DNA of 60,110 nucleotides, filler included, from Sphacelaria rigidula (Eukaryota), in assembly GCA_964200075.2 (NCBI GenBank). It is 4 parts of 4 records of this genome, joined end to end, with 100 filler letters (N's around TTAATTAATTAA, not from the genome) between each part and the next. Parts side by side here need not be neighbours in the genome. Positions count along the whole stretch, not along the records: positions 1 to 14,961 come from CAXNAA020001976.1; 3 more parts are not named here. One strand, given 5' to 3'. The notes beneath the pieces are model-generated. The model saw nothing but the letters and a program-made list of their open reading frames with translations. It had not been told where the DNA came from and searched no databases. This document shows positions 1-10,800 of this stretch, piece by piece. A program made the position numbers and the translations under genes. Within the stretch, counting starts at the first letter, position 1; every line of letters starts with the position of its first letter.

Positions 1-335
1 CCGGTATTAGCTAAGGTGTAAAAGGGGGGGGGGTCCCTTTTCTAAAAACCCATTCTTTAAACCGGGTTTCCGGCCCCCCCCCCCCCCCCCGTCAATGGCC
101 GCATAGGAGTGTATATGTCATCCTAAGTTTTTCACGTAGTCCCATTGTCAACATCCCTTTCTCAACCCCCTCAAAGCCAATGAGTGAGAGTGCCAGATCG
201 AACAGTTTCGGGATGCGCCGAAAAAAAGCGGTAAAAGGGCAAAATTAAACCCCTTCTCGAGACATTTTCATCCAGTATTTCGTACGACAATGCATCGACA
301 GCATCTCGGCTATCCATCATGCAGAACACACTCAC

Positions 336-517
336 CAGCCCCAGTCGTGCGCCACGACAACTACGGGTTTGCCGTTGCCAACCGCTTCCACGGTTCTCTC
401 GAGAAATCGCACCACTTCGTCAGTCGTGTAGCCCCACTTGGCCTTGCCCATGTCTTCCATACTAAATCCGGGCAAGTCCACCAACACGCACCGGTAGCAC
501 TTCTTCAGTTGAGCGAC
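336..517 (-). CDS. Internal exon of an alpha/beta-fold hydrolase (epoxide hydrolase/haloalkane dehalogenase-like)
   Basis: Translates VAQLKKCYRCVLVDLPGFS...VVVVAHDWG. DLPGF and the nucleophile-elbow HDWG motif are typical of the epoxide-hydrolase-like family. Bounded by AG acceptor (518-519) and GTGAG donor (331-335). Other exons were not located. Confidence 0.85.
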
Positions 518-1189
518 CTTTTGTATAGACATTACATGACGTAATAAGTGCATATCTTTACTTCTAGCGCCAGGCACACGCTCACTAGCTACTGCCCCGA
601 ACAGGCGCACATTTTGTTGCAGGTATACTCGTCCTCGATTGCGCGTGATGAAGAGTCATCACAGCAGGGTTCGGATGTGCACAGTGCCCCATAAAAGTAT
701 ATACTGCTCGCTCGGTCAACCCGATTAGATACAGTAACTACATTTCAACGTTAGATTAATGGGCATCTCTAGAGTTGACAATCTGACGACACCCAACTTA
801 TGGTTGGCGAAATGAGTTGATCACACCTTTGTACTTGCATACTTGCCTTGTCGGGACACCATAGCCGATTTGTAACATGTCAACCGTCGTGCCCCGGTGG
901 TTTAATGGTACAAATGACACCATTCGGGTTGGAAAAACGTGGATACAACTCCCGCCAGATGCGTCTGGCTTAGATATGTTCTCAGAAGTTTCTGATGTCC
1001 GTCGTGGAAAGCGTGAGGACCTAATTGAAAAAAAAAAAGAGTTTGTGTGGCTGAGTTTGTTAGACGGCAGTCGACGAGTACGAGAGTACTGCTCCAGTCC
1101 GCAATACCAAAATGTCAGGTGTGTACCGGGGGGGAGATGGACCGATCCCGTGAGACCACGGACCCGTCCCGAGGAAGGGAGGGAATTCA

Positions 1190-3075
1190 CAGGGGCTGGT
1201 CGGGTAGAGTATGTATTTTTGAACACTCGGGTAAAATACCCGGGTATTTACTCTACCCAACGTGTGGGTAGACTGGGAATGACCTCAAATACTCCACCAA
1301 AATTTCGGATACATCGAGTACGACCTCAAATACTCCACCCAATATTGCGTAAGCACCTTAAGCAATACCTGGGTATAGAGTATCACTTGGGTATAACCAC
1401 AATACTCTACCAAAACTTTGGGCAGATTGAGTACGACCTCAAATACTCTACCCGATTTTGGGCAAGTACTCCCTGGAATACTGAGTATAGAGTATCACGT
1501 GGGTGTGACTTTAATACCCAAACTTTGCGTATATGTACATGTATCATTTCACTTTTTTCACGACTTTTGCCGAGTTTTCTCTGGCGGCAAGCGGTACATT
1601 ACCGTTCAGATTTGGGCGCCATCTGATACCTGTGGCGCGTGTTCTAGCCACCGAAAGTCGCTCAAACTGGCTCTTTTTCGCGGGGTGCCGATCCTGAACC
1701 ACAAAAACCTCTTCAAGATCGTGGAAACTTGAAAAATATATTTTCGACTTGCGTCACCCTCGGGAGGCCCGTACCAACCTCCCGAAGGGGAACCTTGTAT
1801 TGAGTATGGTCTTAAATGATCTACCCGATTTTGGGTAAGTCATTTCAGAAATACTTGAGTATAGAGTATCACTTGGGGTGATTGAGATTGAGATCGACCT
1901 TAAATACTGTACCCGATATTGCGTAAGTACTCTCTGTAATACTTGAATCTAGAGTATCACTTGGGTATGACGTCAATACCTAAACTTTGGGTACTTTGAG
2001 TATGATCTTAAATGATCTACCCAACATTGGGTAAGTCATCTCAGTAATACTCAGGTATAGAGTATCACTTGGGGTATGATGATTAACCGTGACCGTTGGC
2101 GACTTCGTGACGTCACTTCACAGACTATGTCGAACATACGGGCGAACAGTGGACACCAATGAGATGAGTGACGTCATGTCACAGGCTACAACGAGTATGA
2201 GCGGACGGTCGTTGTCCACAAGCAACAAGAACGTCCAGGTGCAAGAACCTACCTACCCCACCCCCGGCCGTACATACCCATACACGTACTTCATACTTGG
2301 CATCCTCTTCGATATCAGTTCAAGTACAAATCGCTCCTCATCATCATTAGGTAATCGAGTAGACGGGCAGTCAGAAAAGCATCGTAAGAATGAGCGACTT
2401 TACGGGCCGCACATCTGACTCATCTATGGGAGACCCAGCGGTGGGAACGGCGGAAGTTGTAGGAACACCGCGACAGTCGCGAGGGGAAACAACAAAAGGC
2501 GAGACGGAGTCAGGAGTGATAGACCTGACCCCAAAACAGGCCCCGATGGTCCGTGTTATACAGGCGGTTTGGGTATCTTGGTTACAAACATGAATTCTCA
2601 CGTTATACCCAAGGTTTCGGTTCATTGGTTCCGGTCTCAGACACTCTACCCAACGTTTGGGTAGATTGGGTACGACCTCATACACTCAACCCAATATTGG
2701 GCAAGCACTCATAGCAATACCTGGGTATGGAGTAAGACTTGGGTGTGACCTCCATACTCTACCCAAAATCTGGGTCGGTTGGGGACGAGCTCAAATATTC
2801 TACCAAAATTTTGGGTAGATGGGGTATGACCTCTCAACTACCCTACCCAATATTGGGTAAGTACTCTCTGCAATACTTGAGTATAGAGTATCACTTTGGT
2901 ATGACCTCAAAACTCTACCCAAAATTTAGGTAGATTGAGTTTGAACTCAAATACTCCACCCAAAATCTGGGTAGATTGGGTACGATCTCAAATACTCTGC
3001 CCAAATTTTAGGTACTAAGAGTATGACTTTGAAAAAATGCCGAGTATTGGGTATATCCTACCCGACCTGCCCTTG
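1190..3075. mobile_element. Non-autonomous TIR DNA transposon built from arrayed ~35-40 bp imperfect palindromes, with nested insertions
   Basis: 18-bp TIRs CAGGGGCTGGTCGGGTAG (1190) and CTACCCGACCTGCCCTTG (ends 3075), 2 mismatches. Interior repeats GGGTAG..GAGTAT-gacctcaa-ATACTC-TACCC many times (about 1240-1530, 1800-2080, 2640-3060). No clear TSD. Confidence 0.7.
1530..1798 (+). mobile_element. Short Helitron-like insertion interrupting the palindrome array
   Basis: Unrelated sequence that ends in a GC-rich hairpin CCCTCGGGAGG/CCTCCCGAAGG (1757-1788) followed by ...CTTGT (1794-1798). The repeat array resumes immediately after. Confidence 0.4.
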
Positions 3076-3339
3076 CAATAATGAAAACAAAATGACACTG
3101 AGAGAGCACCGCCGCATTCTTGAACCCGTGCGCAGATCTGGGCTTCGATCTGGATAAAAGAAAAGTTATCGAAAAGACTCTAACTGGCAGTTATGCATTC
3201 GATCCGTTTTTGAAAACGACTTTCAAGAAAAAATATCAGTTGCTTCGGAGAAGACACGGTCATACCTTGCTGCAGATAGCAGAGTACAGTCCGTGTCATG
3301 CTCTCTACTGCAATGTGTGCCTGCGGCGAAAAGGCGAAA

Positions 3340-3690
3340 TATGAAAGCACCCTATGTGATAACGGCTACGCTTTTGTGCTGCTTGGTCGATTTCGTGCCA
3401 CAAGAGATTTTGTGTGAACTTTTAGGGATGCTTATCGGGGCAAAAAAAGTGAATGGGCTGTTCGAGGAAATGCCAACGACCACAGACAAAAGTTCTCCGT
3501 TTCCTTTTTTTGTCCTGGGATGCTCCGCCCAAATACACTTGCTTTTACAATCCAATCTCTTCACGGGTTGATCGCGCGCGCAGGCAACATCCTCCCTGTT
3601 CACACCCTACATCTTTTGCTGACCATCCATACGCAGGCCATGGCATCGGCCTTATCCTCCAGCTTTGAAAGCGTACACCCTAAACCTGAA
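3340..3690 (+). pseudogene. Possible decayed pogo/DDE_1-type transposase fragment
   Basis: Frame-shifted pieces NGLFEEM...SPFPFFVLGCSAQIHL and ILPVHTLHLL loosely recall the DDE_1 motifs (LLILDGHxSH; LPPHTSHLLQPLD). Resemblance by eye only. Confidence 0.3.
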
Positions 3691-3824
3691 AAAAAACATA
3701 TAATTTGAATATAATCCGGCTTGCTGATCTGACCGCGGGACGTGCCCTGAAATGGAGGCTGCAGTGCAATGCATTGGGGTTGTGAGCACCCAACGCAACA
3801 ATCGGCGCTCGAATCGCGCACGTA

Positions 3825-4286
3825 AGACCCAATTTTATGGCAACGAATCTCGATTTGTACAAATATGAGGATTTCAGCCTGTCTACAGACGATTTCCTCC
3901 CGTGGATTGATTTTTCGGACCCCAGCCCGTTGGGCAATGTTCTTCACCTGGCTGTGAGCAAACCAGATCAATTCTCCGATTTTATGGGCGTTGACTTTCG
4001 ATACATCACCGTCCTGCTGAAATCGGGACACTCCCGCATCTCCCCCGATTTTTCTGCATAAATCGGGGGAGATGCGGGAGCGTCGCGGTTTGGGCAGAAA
4101 CGTGGTAGGCCAAAAGTCAACGTCCAGATAATCGTATAATTCATCTGGTTTGCTCACAGCTAGGCGAAAAACATTGCCCAACGGACTGGGATCCGATAAC
4201 TCAATCCACGAGAGAAAATCGCCCGTACACGGTCTGAGATCCTCTTATTTTTATAAACCGAGATCCGTTGCCATAAAAGTGGGTCG
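3825..4286. mobile_element. Fully palindromic foldback MITE, copy 1
   Basis: Ends AGACCCAATTTTATGGCAA...TTGCCATAAAAGTGGGTC. The whole ~460 bp folds back around CTCCCGCATCTCCCCCGATTT-ttctgcat-AAATCGGGGGAGATGCGGGAG (~4031-4080). Confidence 0.85.
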
Positions 4287-4444
4287 AATCGTGGAGAACC
4301 GCCCGGATAAAACCGATTCCTCGATGGAGTATGTCCTGAGCAACGCACCGTCCCTAATCAATTCAAGTGAAAAATAATCACAGCTAGAAGGGGCTCGAGG
4401 GGAAACGTCGGGGGGCAGATCTGAATCGGTCGCGGAGTAAGTTA

Positions 4445-4909
4445 AGACCCACTTTTATGGCAAAGAGTCCCGATTTTTCAAATATGAGGATTTCAGCCCA
4501 TCTACAGGCGATTTTCTCCCGTGGATTGATTTTTCGGAACTCAGTCCGTTGGACAATATTTTTCGCCTAGCTGGGAGCAAATCAGATCAGTTCTCTGATT
4601 ACATGGACGTTGACTTTTGGTTTATCCCATTTCTGCCCAAATCGGGACACTCCCGCATCTCCCCCGATTTATGCAGAAAAATCGGGGGAGATGCGGGAGT
4701 GTCCCGATTTTAGCAGAACGGTGATGTATCGAAAGTCAACGCCCAGAAAATCGGAGAATTGATCTGATTTGCTCCCAGCTAGCCGAAAAACATTGCCCAA
4801 CGGATTGGGGTCCGAAAAATCAATCCACGGGAGAAAATCGCCTGTATGTAGATGGGCTGAAATCCTCATATTTGTAAAAATCGGGGCTTGTTGCCATAAA
4901 AGTGGGTCT
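4445..4909. mobile_element. Fully palindromic foldback MITE, copy 2 (inverted relative to copy 1; TA-flanked, Tc1/mariner-like)
   Basis: TA-AGACCCACTTTTATGGCAA...TTGCCATAAAAGTGGGTCT-TA. The central loop (atgcagaa) is the reverse complement of the copy 1 loop. Confidence 0.88.
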
Positions 4910-4914
4910 TATTA

Positions 4915-6013
4915 GGAGCCCTTTATCTCATCCAAAACACGACTTATGAAATATGTGAGATTACGCTAGGATTACGAGTCCAACGTGCTAGGGATATCCC
5001 AAATGAATTCGCAAACGGGGGTACCCTGACCCATGTTCTTGTGCATCTAGGACTAGAATCTTTGGGAGCCCCCGAATCAGAGAAGATTTCGCGCAAAAAA
5101 GTGCACCCCTACCGCAGCATTCATTGCTCGATCGTTTTCGCCAATGTCACCCATATATATGATTCGCTTCATCGCGCAATCTGAAACCAGCTATCATGCG
5201 CTATTTGTGACCATTCTCCTCGTGACAGTTTGGGGGCTGTGGCGATGTCACTCTCTTCCTTTTCTTAGTCCCGTCATTCCCATCACGTGGCCGCACGGCC
5301 TAGCAAAAAATCTGTTCACCCAAAATGGACGTACTTCGTCTCTACTCCGAGAGCAAAACTCACGAAAAAAAAAGTACAAAACAAAAATCCCAGGACCCTT
5401 TGTTTCAGCTCAATCCTGGTACAGAGGCTAGTTACGCACTGTCCCAAAAAACTTGAATCGCGTTGTCACCTCTGCCCAGTACAAAAATGGCGAAAATCGA
5501 CCGAAGTAGGCTAAAACCGGATTTGAAGTGGCCAACATTGGGTCACTCTTGACCCGACAACGTGTACACACACAATACGACGAGCCATTAATTTTTTCTT
5601 TCGCCATGAGCATCTCCATAATTCCACCTTTCCACCGATCCCAGCTGTTGCATCGTAGGCGCCCTCGTTCGGGAGATACAACCTACATCCCATAACCGAG
5701 CATACTCATGGGACACAGAGGGGATACTTTTTTTTTTCTCATTTTCTCTATAGTAGTAGTAGTCCACCCTTGTCTTTTGGTCAGAAGAACTGTCACTTGG
5801 CGAACAGTGAAGAGTAACACTACGGTAGGGGTGCACTTTTTGCGCAAAATCTTGTCTGGTTCAGGGGCCCCTGACGATTCTAGACGCACGAGAATATGAA
5901 TAAGGGCAGACCCGTTTGCAAATTCATCCGGCATATCCCCAGCACATTGGAATAGCAATCCTGCCGTACTCTCATATTTCGTAAGTCGTGTTTTGGATGA
6001 GATAAAGGGCTCC
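4915..6013. mobile_element. MITE with ~200-bp terminal inverted repeats
   Basis: GGAGCCCTTTATCTCATCCAAAACACGACTTATGAAATATG (4915) matches the reverse complement of CATATTTCGTAAGTCGTGTTTTGGATGAGATAAAGGGCTCC (ends 6013). Homology extends inward to GCGCAAAAAAGTGCACCC-TACCG / CGGTAGGGGTGCACTTTTTGCGC. A partial end copy lies at ~7336-7380. Confidence 0.85.
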
Positions 6014-6024
6014 CAACAATTCTG

Positions 6025-7324
6025 ACCTCGGAAAATATGGGTGCACCCCTACCTCAGCATCACTCTGAACACCTACTCAAAAGCGGGAATCAGCCGTGTG
6101 TCACTCATCACTCCTCGGTGTCAGCAACCAACTTGGTCGGCAAATTTCATGACAATTGAGCAAGAAGAACTCATGTAGTAGTGTGTCTACCTTCGCACTT
6201 GAAATTACATTGCAAGGCTGTCTATCGTCATCTCAGTTTGGGCGGTCGCTCTTGTTTGGTTATAATATTATTAGGGGGCGCTACACATGCACCGTATAGT
6301 CGTAGCAGCCAGAACGAACGGGAACTTTTATCAACAGTTGGAGTTGCATGTCTCACGCAAGCAGTGTGCACATAGGAGAGGATTTTGCACACGAAACACC
6401 GCTACTAATAGCTACATCGAAACCATCTCCACACCACCGCTCAACAGGCCAGCGAAAGTGTTTCGTGGTATTTCACACACCCTGGACTAAAGTAAAGAAT
6501 ACAGACAGTCAAAAAGTGTACTGCACACAACAGTGTTGACTTTGGCGCCTGCTGCAACAGACTAAATATTCCTTACTGTACGCAGTACATTTTTTGACAA
6601 TTTCACTTTTTGTCAAGGGTGTGGTATTTCACCAGTATATATATTGTAGAAGGGCTGATTTTCGGAAATGTTTTTTTTTTCGAATCGGAAACGGAAGTAC
6701 TACTACAACACGCGATCCCCGGAAACAGGAAAGGCCGTCCGTGCAAAATTTGGACAACAACAACGGAGAAGAAATAAATAAAATGAACAAGTGTGACAGA
6801 AATGGAAATTGTGAAACAGAGCCCATCATCGAGTGTACTTTGCTCCCCGACAATCAGACCAAGAGTTTTCATGAAAGCATAAAAACACAAATTGCAGCAC
6901 TACAAATGATTCAAATGGTGAACGACTCATCGTACAAACACGTCTGCTTCACCCGCATCCAACCACACTTCCATATCTGTGCCCTGAAGGGTGTCCCACT
7001 TTGCCCCCTTGCAGCGCTGCTCTCAGCATCGCGCGGGGGAACATGCCAAGAAGTGCAAAGAAACCATAAAATGAAGGCAGTCATCATCCGTCTTTGCTCA
7101 TCATCAAAAGCACCAGGATTCTTAGACGGCGCACACCATCCACAATCCCGCAGGCCCATGACAGATAGAAATCGTGCCGGGAATCATACGGGCCGGTATA
7201 CCCTGGCTGGACTTGCTTTCCGCGCGGTGTAATCTCATCCGCCATTTTACAGGCCCAAGTAGGAGGGGTTTTGTCTGGCATTTGAGTAATGCCACGGTAG
7301 GGGTGCACGAAATATTTCCGAGGT
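6025..7324. mobile_element. Related TIR element sharing the GTGCACCCCTACC motif
   Basis: ACCTCGGAAAATATGGGTGCACCCCTACC (6025-6053) is inverted to GGTAGGGGTGCACGAAATATTTCCGAGGT (7296-7324). A similar end occurs at ~27350-27377. Confidence 0.6.
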
Positions 7325-7880
7325 TTGAACTTGTAGGAGCCATTTGCCTCATCCAAAAACGACTCATGCAAAATATGAGAGCACACCAACGATTTGCACT
7401 TCATAGCGGCGCGTGTATTGCGCCAAGTCGATATGGGGTTTTGGTGGGTTCGATCCCCACATGACTTCCGCGAGGCGGTCTAGCCGAGCTCCCGGGTAAT
7501 CGCCACACGAACCCGCTCACGGCGCAAGTGTTGGGTCAGGTCTCCTCCTTCTTTGAAGGAAAAAAACGAAACAAAACAGTGAAGACGTACCCGTTGGGGT
7601 ACTACGTACATTCAATTACCACTGCTGCCGCCGCTTCAATTGGGGGAGATCGAAAGTATCAATCGGAAGGCCAAAAAAAAGAAAGTACAACGAGATCAAA
7701 CGAAAAACAGGAGATAATGAAAAAAAAGGAAAAAGACTCTACATAACGCACATACCACAACATTTTTCATGCCTTTTGATGTGAGTTCGATGGTAAAACC
7801 AGATATCTCTAGGATCCCGTCTCCGGACATGTGTGTTTTCTCTAAAACATGCGGCACCGAACAAGACACGAGGGAAGAAG

Positions 7881-10800
7881 TCAGACCCCGTAACTGCTGC
7901 CCCCTCCGCCGGCACCCGCTCCCGCCCGCACGTCACGGAACATGTTTTCTACGTCTGCGGCGGACACAACAACCTCTCCGCCCCCCTGCTTTTCCATTTT
8001 CGCCCGAAGGTGTCCCTTGACCACGTCGGTCATCCGCCTGAATCCTTCCGCTAGTGCGCTCTGATGCGGGTACACAATCGATGGGGAGACGAAAGGAAAC
8101 GGTTTCTTCGTAGTATTTGTACAGAGGTGGCGTGGAAATGATGTGAGAGAGTTCGACAGACAAGCACGTGTCTTTTTACTGACGATAATCTATCAACAGG
8201 AAGTAAATACGTCAAGTATCGCTATAGAACCCATGACCACATATTGGAGTTCGCGTTAACCTTCTGACACACAAGGACGAGTATGCCCCTCAATAAAGTT
8301 GGGGATCTGCTATTCTTGTCATTTTCCTGTTCGTTTTTTCTTTTTCTTTTCCCTTCTTTCCTCCAAAAAAAGAACGAATGTATACAAGGAAAAATGCACT
8401 GATGTATGGGGAACTTTTAACGCACAGTTTCTGACAGGCAATGAGTTGCACAAGGAACGAATCACACACGCTTTGTGCGGCCAGATACGGCAAAGATAGT
8501 TGTCAGAGAGAACACCACAATTTTCGCAGAAGCAACCTCGAGAGAGAAGAAGACGTATTTTCCTCCAAGACGTCGGCATTTCTCCTTTTATGTCAAGAAC
8601 ACCGCAGGTACCTGTTGGTGGAAGGGCAGCTGAGCCAGTTCTTTCATGCCCCTGCTCTCCGCACTCTCCTCTCCAGCCTCCGCATCTTCCTGTTCCTGTG
8701 CCGCCACCACCTGGCAATATTCACAGCAAATCGGCGACAAGACGAAGGCACAGTAAGTACAGCTATCCTGCCAATCACGCCATTCTAGCCGATTCCCCGG
8801 TTGATCGGGATACGAGCACCTTCGAGGGGTAAGTGTTGGGTGGGGTTTCCTCTTTCATCTTTAACGACAGAGAACACACACACACACACACACACCACTT
8901 GCACCCACACACAATCGCGATAAGGGTGGTCAACATCTGCCTATTTGAACCCATCCCGCAATGAGGCGAAATAAATACGCCAACCAAACCTTCCGAGCGT
9001 CGACGTCGTAGCAACGAACTAAATAGACGAATGAATTCACACACACGAACCACAAATAAAACACACACGCGACACACGCGACACACCAAGATGACCGACC
9101 GCACAGTTGCGCTGTGCACTCCCTCGACAAGCAACTATCCGCGGAAGTGTAAACACCCCAACAGTAGGACACATCTCATCGAGCGACCGTTGCAAGGAAA
9201 GAAAAGGCCCGAAATCAACACGCTGCTCCCAACGTCAGAGACGTCACGGGCGCGACGCCGCGCGCAGCGCAGGGGAAGCAAGACCGCTCGGTCTGAGCGC
9301 ACTCTGGTTGCCAACATATCTGTTTAGCGTCACGTGTAAAGCCAACACCAATTATACCTCTTGCAAGTCAATGTCGACGTCGGCGAGGGATGCCATAAGC
9401 GCAGCCTCGTCCACCTCCTCTCCCTCCTTCTTCCACGTCATCTCCGCCCCGTCCTCCAGGTGAATCAGCCGAAATTTGTCCGTAAACGTCACCTCGTGGT
9501 CATCCTCCGGGAACGACTGAAAAGCATCGTAGTGTAGCGTAAACACGGGATCGCCACTCTCCCCTCGCTTGCCCGTCACCGCACCCGCGACCGAGCAACC
9601 CCACCACTGCGGTGATCATGGGGGTATGAATTGTGGATTTTACGAGAGGGCGTGAAACAGGTGGGGGCGGGCGGAAGGGGCGGGGGGGAGAACATTTAGT
9701 TGTGAAAAAACAAAAACAGAATCACACAATTTGAAACCGGTGACCGCTAGGGTTACGGAATCAAAACTGTAGACAGGAGTACTATTACATCGAAACCAAG
9801 TCGATGTTTACTTTCGGCCGCTCCTTTTAGTAAACAAAAATAAAAATCTGGAGAAGTGCCCTGTTGGAGCTTCTACGTCGTTTTACGCCCCAAAAGAGAG
9901 CGAGGCGAAGTTTGACACCTTGGAATGACTTGCTCTACTAGTCGAGGTGGTTCTGGGACATTTTCCCGTTCTCCGGTGGCCGCAGTTTTTCTTTTGACCA
10001 TACAAGAATTTTTGTCCATGAGCGGTTAAAAAGAGTCAAAATCTAGAAAAAAACAATGTATTCAAGCATGAAAAAATGAACAATTCTGAAGTCAAAGGGG
10101 TGAACCTGATTGACGTTTTGCGGAAATCAGCCGTAATGTCAGTTGGCTTTGTGAGTTTGACGTTTCGTCGAGGGTTTAACCCCTTGGCCGCGAGAGTAGT
10201 CCATTCGGATCATGCAGACTTTCTTGAAGTTCGATTCAACGATGACCTATGCTCGCCGCCGAAGGGTGAACCGTGTTGGAAGTCTGGATCATCTTCAGCA
10301 ACGGTCCGTTGATGGAATATTTTTCGTTGGAAAAGCAAGGTTTTATTTTTTGTTCGAACGAAGGATGACCTTAACCCTGGACTAGGGAATCCCAGCTGAA
10401 CTTTTGACCCCAAACTAATTCCTATATGGTCAGGATCATGACGTTTTCCTGCATCGAGTTATGAAGCAAAATAACTCTCGGAGCCCCGCTCGAGCATGGG
10501 AATTGAGAACAGCGCGTTGCCACCGGGGAGAGTGCAGTAACCTACAGTGTTGAATACGACCTGCTGGCCTAGAGTGTGCAGTTTTTTTATGCTATGAATG
10601 CAGGGCTTTCATCTATGCTCGGACAAAATGGTTTACGGGGCAATGCAGTATTGAAAGAAACGAAAGTGAATGTGTCAAGAATTGGAAACTGTACAAAACG
10701 GTATTTTGTATTTTGCTCGTGAACGGAATCAGAACCCAACATGGGGTAGGCGATTCTCATTTTTCGAACCGGACCACCAATCAGATCTCGGGTTCGCACG

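Noticed and set aside
877..1626. 249-aa ORF
   Set aside because: Runs through the dispersed repeat and palindrome array; no protein-like features.
1240..3060. CRISPR-like array
   Set aside because: Units are degenerate, there are no unique spacers and no cas genes; it lies inside TIRs in a eukaryotic genome.
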